Shown: positions 59,642-64,000 of the stretch, piece after piece | How positions within the stretch are numbered: the first letter of the stretch is position 1 | Layout: each line of letters starts with the position of its first letter | Origin: Anaerolineae bacterium | GTDB taxonomy: Bacteria > Chloroflexota > Anaerolineae > Aggregatilineales > UBA3940 | Direction: 5' to 3' | NCBI GenBank assembly: GCA_016928235.1 | Contig: JAFGLD010000036.1 | Location: 3,646 to 67,645, forward strand | DNA: 64,000 nt | The notes under the pieces: generated by a model | What the model saw: the letters and a program-made list of their open reading frames with translations, nothing else | Databases searched by the model: none | What the model was told of the DNA's origin: nothing | Translations under genes and position numbers: made by a program

Positions 59642-59760
59642 GTGAGCCAATCCGTTAGCATGGCAGAGGTCGGATTGAAATCCGATCTACAACCGACAAC
59701 GTTCTCTATAGTAACCTTTGCCTTTTGGTTTTTAGACTGAGAACTGATCACTGAAAACTG
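59642..59760 (+). repeat. ~120-nt dispersed repeat, copy B
   Basis: Direct copy of 56365-56484, about 115 nt after the GT-C stop codon. Confidence 0.85.
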
Positions 59761-60006
59761 ATTACCAGGCAATGGGAAAAGCTTAATCGTCGAGTAAAAA
59801 CTGTCCCAAGTTATTGAGAAGATATGCTTTTCGTGCATTCGGCGAATCGAAGGGACAATCAGGGAAACCTTCTCGTCAAGCACTTGCAACGATCCGGATT
59901 GCCGGATCGGCTTATACCGGAGGAAAAGCGCGGTTTTGAGCGGGAAGGGGTAGGGCGAGAACCTGTGACGAAGAACAACGCGCATTAGGCGATAGGTGTA
60001 AAACTT

Positions 60007-60210
60007 ATGGCAAGAAAGACGTATCAGATGGTGTTTGGCGTTGCCGTGTTATTGTCGGTGCTTGGGTGCCGACCGGCAGTGACGGTTGGATGTCAGGAGA
60101 TGGTCGTCCTGTTTGTGATAGTGGTAGTTCTACTCGGGCCACTGTTGTTCAGGATGTATCAACTCTGGCTGAGAGCGTCGGATAAACAAGATGAGCACAG
60201 AGACGGATAG
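60007..60210 (+). CDS. small hydrophobic protein (possible lipoprotein/2-TM peptide)
   Basis: 67 aa. VAVLLSVLGC is lipobox-like and a second hydrophobic helix follows. No RBS is evident, so support is weak. Confidence 0.25.
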   Translation: MARKTYQMVFGVAVLLSVLGCRPAVTVGCQEMVVLFVIVVVLLGPLLFRMYQLWLRASDKQDEHRDG

Positions 60211-60329
60211 CCGCAGGCATTCATTCCCCGTACGCTTGCCCATTCGCATGTCAGAGGCGGTCTTTTCCCATGAACGGGTCCTCGAATCTGCCGCTCCCGG
60301 CTCAGACACCATCGTCGATCAATCGTCAA

Positions 60330-60992
60330 TTATTCAGGTTTCAGTAACCCAAGATCACGAGCGCGCAAGGCGGCCTCGGTGCGGTCTTGCACGCCTAGTT
60401 TATCCAGAATGGTCGAGATATAGTTTTTGACTGTGCCTTCGGCCAGGAAGAGCCGGCCGGCGATTTGGCGATTGGTAGCGCCCAATGCCAGCAGGTGCAA
60501 AATCTCCTGTTCGCGCTCAGATAGAGGAACAGGGAGGTGTTCGAGGGTTGGTTGGGTGGGTTCCGCCAGGCGCGAGAACTCGGCCAGTACTTTGCGCGCC
60601 ACTGAAGGCTCAATTAGCGCCCCTCCAGCGGCGACTTTACGGATGGCTTCAGCCAGCTCATGCCCCGAGACGTCCTTGAGCATGTAGCCAAGCGCCCCGG
60701 CGCGCAGACCGTCGAACACGTAGGCGTCATCATCGAAGGTGGTCAAGATGATCACCCGTGCTTCGGGCCAACGCCGGCGCAGGCGTTGCGTGGCCTCCAC
60801 ACCGTCCAGGCGAGGCATGCGAATATCCATCAGCACGACATCCGGATGGCTCGCTTCATACTGTTCAAGGGCAACCTGGCCATCCTCAGCCTCGGCTACG
60901 ATCTCCAGGTCTCTCTCTAATTCAAGCAGTGTGCGCAAACCTTCACGCATCAGGCGCTGGTCATCGACGATCAAGATACGGATAGGATCCAT
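60330..60992 (-). CDS. NarL/LuxR family response regulator
   Basis: ILIVDDQRLMREGL, VLMDIRMP, LTTF, MLKD; HTH LSEREQEILHLLALGATNRQIAGRLFLAEGTVKNYI. Confidence 0.93.
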   Translation of the reverse strand: MDPIRILIVDDQRLMREGLRTLLELERDLEIVAEAEDGQVALEQYEASHPDVVLMDIRMPRLDGVEATQRLRRRWPEARVIILTTFDDDAYVFDGLRAGALGYMLKDVSGHELAEAIRKVAAGGALIEPSVARKVLAEFSRLAEPTQPTLEHLPVPLSEREQEILHLLALGATNRQIAGRLFLAEGTVKNYISTILDKLGVQDRTEAALRARDLGLLKPE

Positions 60993-60995
60993 GAG

Positions 60996-62189
60996 CTAAA
61001 TCTCCTGATTGGGGAGCTGAATCGCCAGGATGGTACCGCTGCCCGTCCGGGCTGAAAGTGTGATCGTGCCTGCCAATTGGGCTGCGCGCTCTTGCAGTCC
61101 AAGCAGGCCAAAGCCGGCGCTGGGGGTATCATCCGCCAGGCCGCGGCCGTCATCGATCACTTGCAAGACAATCCGGTCAGGTGAGCATTCCAGGCGCAGC
61201 CAGGCCTGGTGGGCAGCGGCATGGCGCTGGATATTGGTTAGGCCCTCCTGCGCCGTACGGTAAAGGGCCAGACGTTGAGCGGAAGACACCTCGCAGGTAT
61301 TTCCAGGCAGCTCCAGGTGAACGGCTAGACCGGTCGTTTCCTGGAAGCCGGCGACCAGATGTCGCAGAGCCTGTGTTAGCGAAAGCTCGATTTCAACCGG
61401 CTCGCGCAGCCGTCCGACAGTCCGGCGCAGGTCTTGCAGTGCCTCCCGTACCTGCCGGCGGCTGGTATCAATCATGGCCGCGGCTCGATTGGGCTCGCCG
61501 GATACCAATCGCTGAGCGCCTTCCAGATGGACAACCACGGTTGTCAGGCGGTGGCCAATGGTATCATGCATCTCCCGGGCCAGCCGGTTGCGCTCCTCGA
61601 TTACTGTCAGGGTTTCTACCTGCGCGGCGTATTCTTCGAGCGCACGGTTCTTGGCCTGAAGTTCATCGAGCAGCAGGGCATTTTGATGTTGGGTAAGGCG
61701 TGCCTGGGTAAGCGCATGGGTCAGAATGCCGAAAAATAGATAACCGCCTGCATAAATAGCCATTGCTTGCAACCCACTGACCAGGCCTTCCTGCTCGAAG
61801 AAAAACCAGCCGGTCAGCAAGGTAAAGCCTCCCAGCCACAGCAGTCCCGCTCGCAGCGGGTTGTAAAGCATGACAGTCACACTCAAGATAAAAAACAGGA
61901 GAATAAAGGACGATCTGGCCTGGGTTGTTTCGATCAGCGTGACCACCAACCCGATTTGCAGAACGATGATCAGGTTTGCCCGGCGCCGGTTTTCCGGTGA
62001 GTCGTTTTGTTCCGGCAGGCGGCTGTTCAGAATGCCGATGCCCACCAGGAAGCTCAAGGCCAGCCAGCGCAGGAGGATGCGATCGATCTCCCACAAACCG
62101 GCGGCAGTTATTCCTGCCAGGGCGAGGTAGGAAACTATCGATAAGCGGTCGAGGCGAAAGAAGCGTTGCATAGGCCCATTAAACCACAA
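60996..62189 (-). CDS. sensor histidine kinase (HisKA_3), membrane-embedded sensor
   Basis: About 5 hydrophobic helices. H-box ERNRLAREMHDTIGHRL, N-box EGLTNIQRHA, G-boxes DDGRG and GFGLLGLQERA. Confidence 0.88.
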   Translation of the reverse strand: MWFNGPMQRFFRLDRLSIVSYLALAGITAAGLWEIDRILLRWLALSFLVGIGILNSRLPEQNDSPENRRRANLIIVLQIGLVVTLIETTQARSSFILLFFILSVTVMLYNPLRAGLLWLGGFTLLTGWFFFEQEGLVSGLQAMAIYAGGYLFFGILTHALTQARLTQHQNALLLDELQAKNRALEEYAAQVETLTVIEERNRLAREMHDTIGHRLTTVVVHLEGAQRLVSGEPNRAAAMIDTSRRQVREALQDLRRTVGRLREPVEIELSLTQALRHLVAGFQETTGLAVHLELPGNTCEVSSAQRLALYRTAQEGLTNIQRHAAAHQAWLRLECSPDRIVLQVIDDGRGLADDTPSAGFGLLGLQERAAQLAGTITLSARTGSGTILAIQLPNQEI

Positions 62190-62266
62190 AAACGCGACCA
62201 GGTGTTAGTTTGTGCTTTTCATAATCCGTGCTTTGCACAATCCACCTGGTCGCATACATTCCGGGG

Positions 62267-63610
62267 TTATACTTGAGCGTCGGCTGGAACGTCGGTGGGC
62301 GTTTGGGATTCCCGGCTTCTCGGTATGACCACCAGGACGATGGCGCCCAGTCCGGCGAGGATAACCAGGAATTGGAGCAAGCTGCCGGCGATCGGCGCGG
62401 CGAAGAGCAGGCCCATGATGAGCAGGCCAATCAGCAGTGGCGCGTAGATATGACTGTTCCACTCCGGGCGGACGCGGGCGAGTATCCAGCGCCCACCCAG
62501 GTAGGCGACGATTGCCTGGCACAAGTAGCTCAGCGTGAACAGAATGGCGACGAAAGCCAGGCCCAGGGCGGGGAAACCGGCCAGCAGAGTCAGCCCCGTC
62601 AGGTTATCCAGGCTCAGCAGTCCGAAGACCACCGCGACTACAATAACAACACCGAATGCTACCAACCAGATGACCGGAGCGGCAACCAGGCCAACCAGTC
62701 CGATCCCCAGGCTAGGCAGCGGGCGTGACAGCAGATTCTCAGCCGGGCCGGTGATCCAGCGGGGAGCAAGCCAGGCAATGAGCAGTCCAATCAGCAGCAG
62801 CGCTATCAAGCGGCGCAGCGCGTCGAACACATAGGATGAAGCACTGTTCTGCTGGGCCAGTTCCCGGGATAGCTGTTCATCTTGCGGGGGCAGGGTGTGC
62901 GTCACATTTTCCGCTACGCTGTTGGCCGCATCGACTGCCTTGGTGCTGACATATTCAAAGTCACCGGCCACGTGTGCTTCTGAGCCAAAAGTCAGGCCGG
63001 CTGGGACTGACGGCATGGGCGGCATATTTGGACTATGGTAGTAGCTGGGAGAGTAACCACCGTCCGATGTATCGACCGAGACCTTCGCGTTCCGACCCAC
63101 TGTACTCTCCAGGCGCAGACGGCTGCTGCCCACCAACAGATCGTTGGTGATCTGCCCGGAGACCAGGCTTTGCATGGCGCCAATCACCAGTGAGCCGCCG
63201 ATCTGGCTGCCGGACTGGCTTTCGACGCTGGCGCCAGCCATATAAACATTGTGATTGACTTGCGCATCAGGTCCAATCGTCAACACGGAACCTATGGCGA
63301 TCACGTCGTGGCCAACCTCACCATTCACCGTGATGCCCGATCCAACCGTGAACACGTTGCCGGTGACCTTGCCGTTGATGATCACAGTTTCGCCCCCCGC
63401 GATCAAGTCACCGTTGATTGTTCCATCCACGATCACTTCGGTTCCGCCTGCGAACAGATCATCGTCGATGACCTCATCTTTGCCGATCACCACTCGCTCG
63501 CCGTTGCGATCTTCAAAAGCCGATGCCGCAGGGGTGGCGATGAACAGGACTATGAGGAATAGGGTAAGTAGAGTAACAATACGGGTTTTGCGATTCATTT
63601 TGACCTCCAA
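62267..63610 (-). CDS. membrane protein with extracytoplasmic bactofilin-like beta-helix repeats and C-terminal multi-pass domain
   Basis: Signal/anchor IVTLLTLFLIVLFIATPAASA. Repeated G-x-hydrophobic-x-hydrophobic-x-G turns follow (VIVDGTINGDLIAGGETVIINGKVTGNVFTVGSGITVNGEVG...), then about 5 TM helices. The likely start is ATG 63598. Confidence 0.7.
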   Translation of the reverse strand: MEVKMNRKTRIVTLLTLFLIVLFIATPAASAFEDRNGERVVIGKDEVIDDDLFAGGTEVIVDGTINGDLIAGGETVIINGKVTGNVFTVGSGITVNGEVGHDVIAIGSVLTIGPDAQVNHNVYMAGASVESQSGSQIGGSLVIGAMQSLVSGQITNDLLVGSSRLRLESTVGRNAKVSVDTSDGGYSPSYYHSPNMPPMPSVPAGLTFGSEAHVAGDFEYVSTKAVDAANSVAENVTHTLPPQDEQLSRELAQQNSASSYVFDALRRLIALLLIGLLIAWLAPRWITGPAENLLSRPLPSLGIGLVGLVAAPVIWLVAFGVVIVVAVVFGLLSLDNLTGLTLLAGFPALGLAFVAILFTLSYLCQAIVAYLGGRWILARVRPEWNSHIYAPLLIGLLIMGLLFAAPIAGSLLQFLVILAGLGAIVLVVIPRSRESQTPTDVPADAQV

Positions 63611-63900
63611 AATGTGTAATAGATAGTTGATCCTGGTCTAATCTTATAGAAACCCGGTCACTTCACACAGTGCCGGAGGTCATATTGGTGGTCATATGAC
63701 GAGTCTTCTCCAAAAATTCTGTTTTCCCCTGCCCTCGTATGCGAGATCATTCCTGTGATTGTCTGCGGTCTGTCTTGCCACCTGCCGTAGCTCATTTGTG
63801 ACGGGTATTTATTGACAAGAAAGAAACTGCAATCGTATCTTCTCCATAATCCGGGGAGGGGTAACTTCAAGCCAATTCTGGGTGATCAGTTTTCAGTGAT

Positions 63901-63934
63901 CGACAATTACACGACATCGACGATTACACGACAT
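63901..63934. repeat. 17-bp tandem direct repeat upstream of the beta-helix/HK/RR operon
   Basis: CGACAATTACACGACAT CGACGATTACACGACAT, immediately after an inverted copy of the CTGATCACTGAAAACTGATCAC motif (63881-63900). Confidence 0.6.
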
Positions 63935-64000
63935 CAATGATTGTTGGTCAATCGTTGTGAGCAGTTTGTTACCGTGCAACCACTCCGGTTTGTGGGTGCG

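Noticed and set aside
56391-59690. CRISPR-like hairpin GGTCGGATTGAAATCCGACC (ATTGAAA resembles type I/III repeat ends)
   Set aside because: There are only two copies, 3.3 kb apart, embedded in a longer 120-nt repeat. There is no regular repeat-spacer periodicity and no cas genes.
59548-59985. 145-aa minus-strand ORF downstream of the GT-C gene
   Set aside because: It runs through the 120-nt dispersed repeat and the heptamer-like motif. The equivalent repeat copy at 56365 is not in an ORF.
1-64000. tRNA, rRNA, tmRNA and RNase P genes; transposases and integrases; restriction-modification, toxin-antitoxin, CBASS or retron-type defence modules
   Set aside because: I scanned spacers for T-loop (GGTTCGAAT-like) and acceptor features, and the ORF list for DDE, tyrosine/serine recombinase, reverse transcriptase and methyltransferase motifs. 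None was found, but detection by eye is limited.

Overview
64 kb chromosomal segment at roughly 55% GC by eye. It contains no rRNA or tRNA genes, no CRISPR array and no transposase or integrase. The gene order rpmB / Asp23 / FakA-like DAK2 / DegV / recG / coaD / rpmF / fabD-fabG / Asp23 / nusB is typical of monoderm-type lineages (Firmicutes, Chloroflexota). Together with many NarL-type two-component systems and GT-C glycosyltransferases, this makes a filamentous Chloroflexota-like organism my best guess; that is inference only. Positions 1-36.6 kb are mostly housekeeping: SLT lytic transglycosylase, Hsp20, Lon, CheY-like receiver, a PHP+AlbA_2 protein, MogA, MFS transporter, RlmN, Rpe, a tandem RNase H, three SDR paralogs and a ClC channel. 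Positions 36.6-60 kb look accessory and rearranged, with A+T-rich spacers, heptamer tandem arrays, dispersed hairpin repeats and gene fragments. This region is dominated by a gene of about 3,480 codons for a secreted RHS/YD-repeat polymorphic toxin (45006-55445). That gene is preceded by a NarL-type histidine kinase and response regulator pair and a degenerate stand-alone receiver. Its shell carries two large non-YD insertions, one of about 790 aa sitting just before the RHS core. It ends in an unrecognisable 212-aa domain after the DPTGH motif and has no adjacent immunity gene. I also flag a structured ~110-130 nt repeat that directly abuts the stop codons of three + strand genes and shows compensatory base changes. 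All coordinates of hairpins and repeats were derived by hand, and no homology searches were possible.
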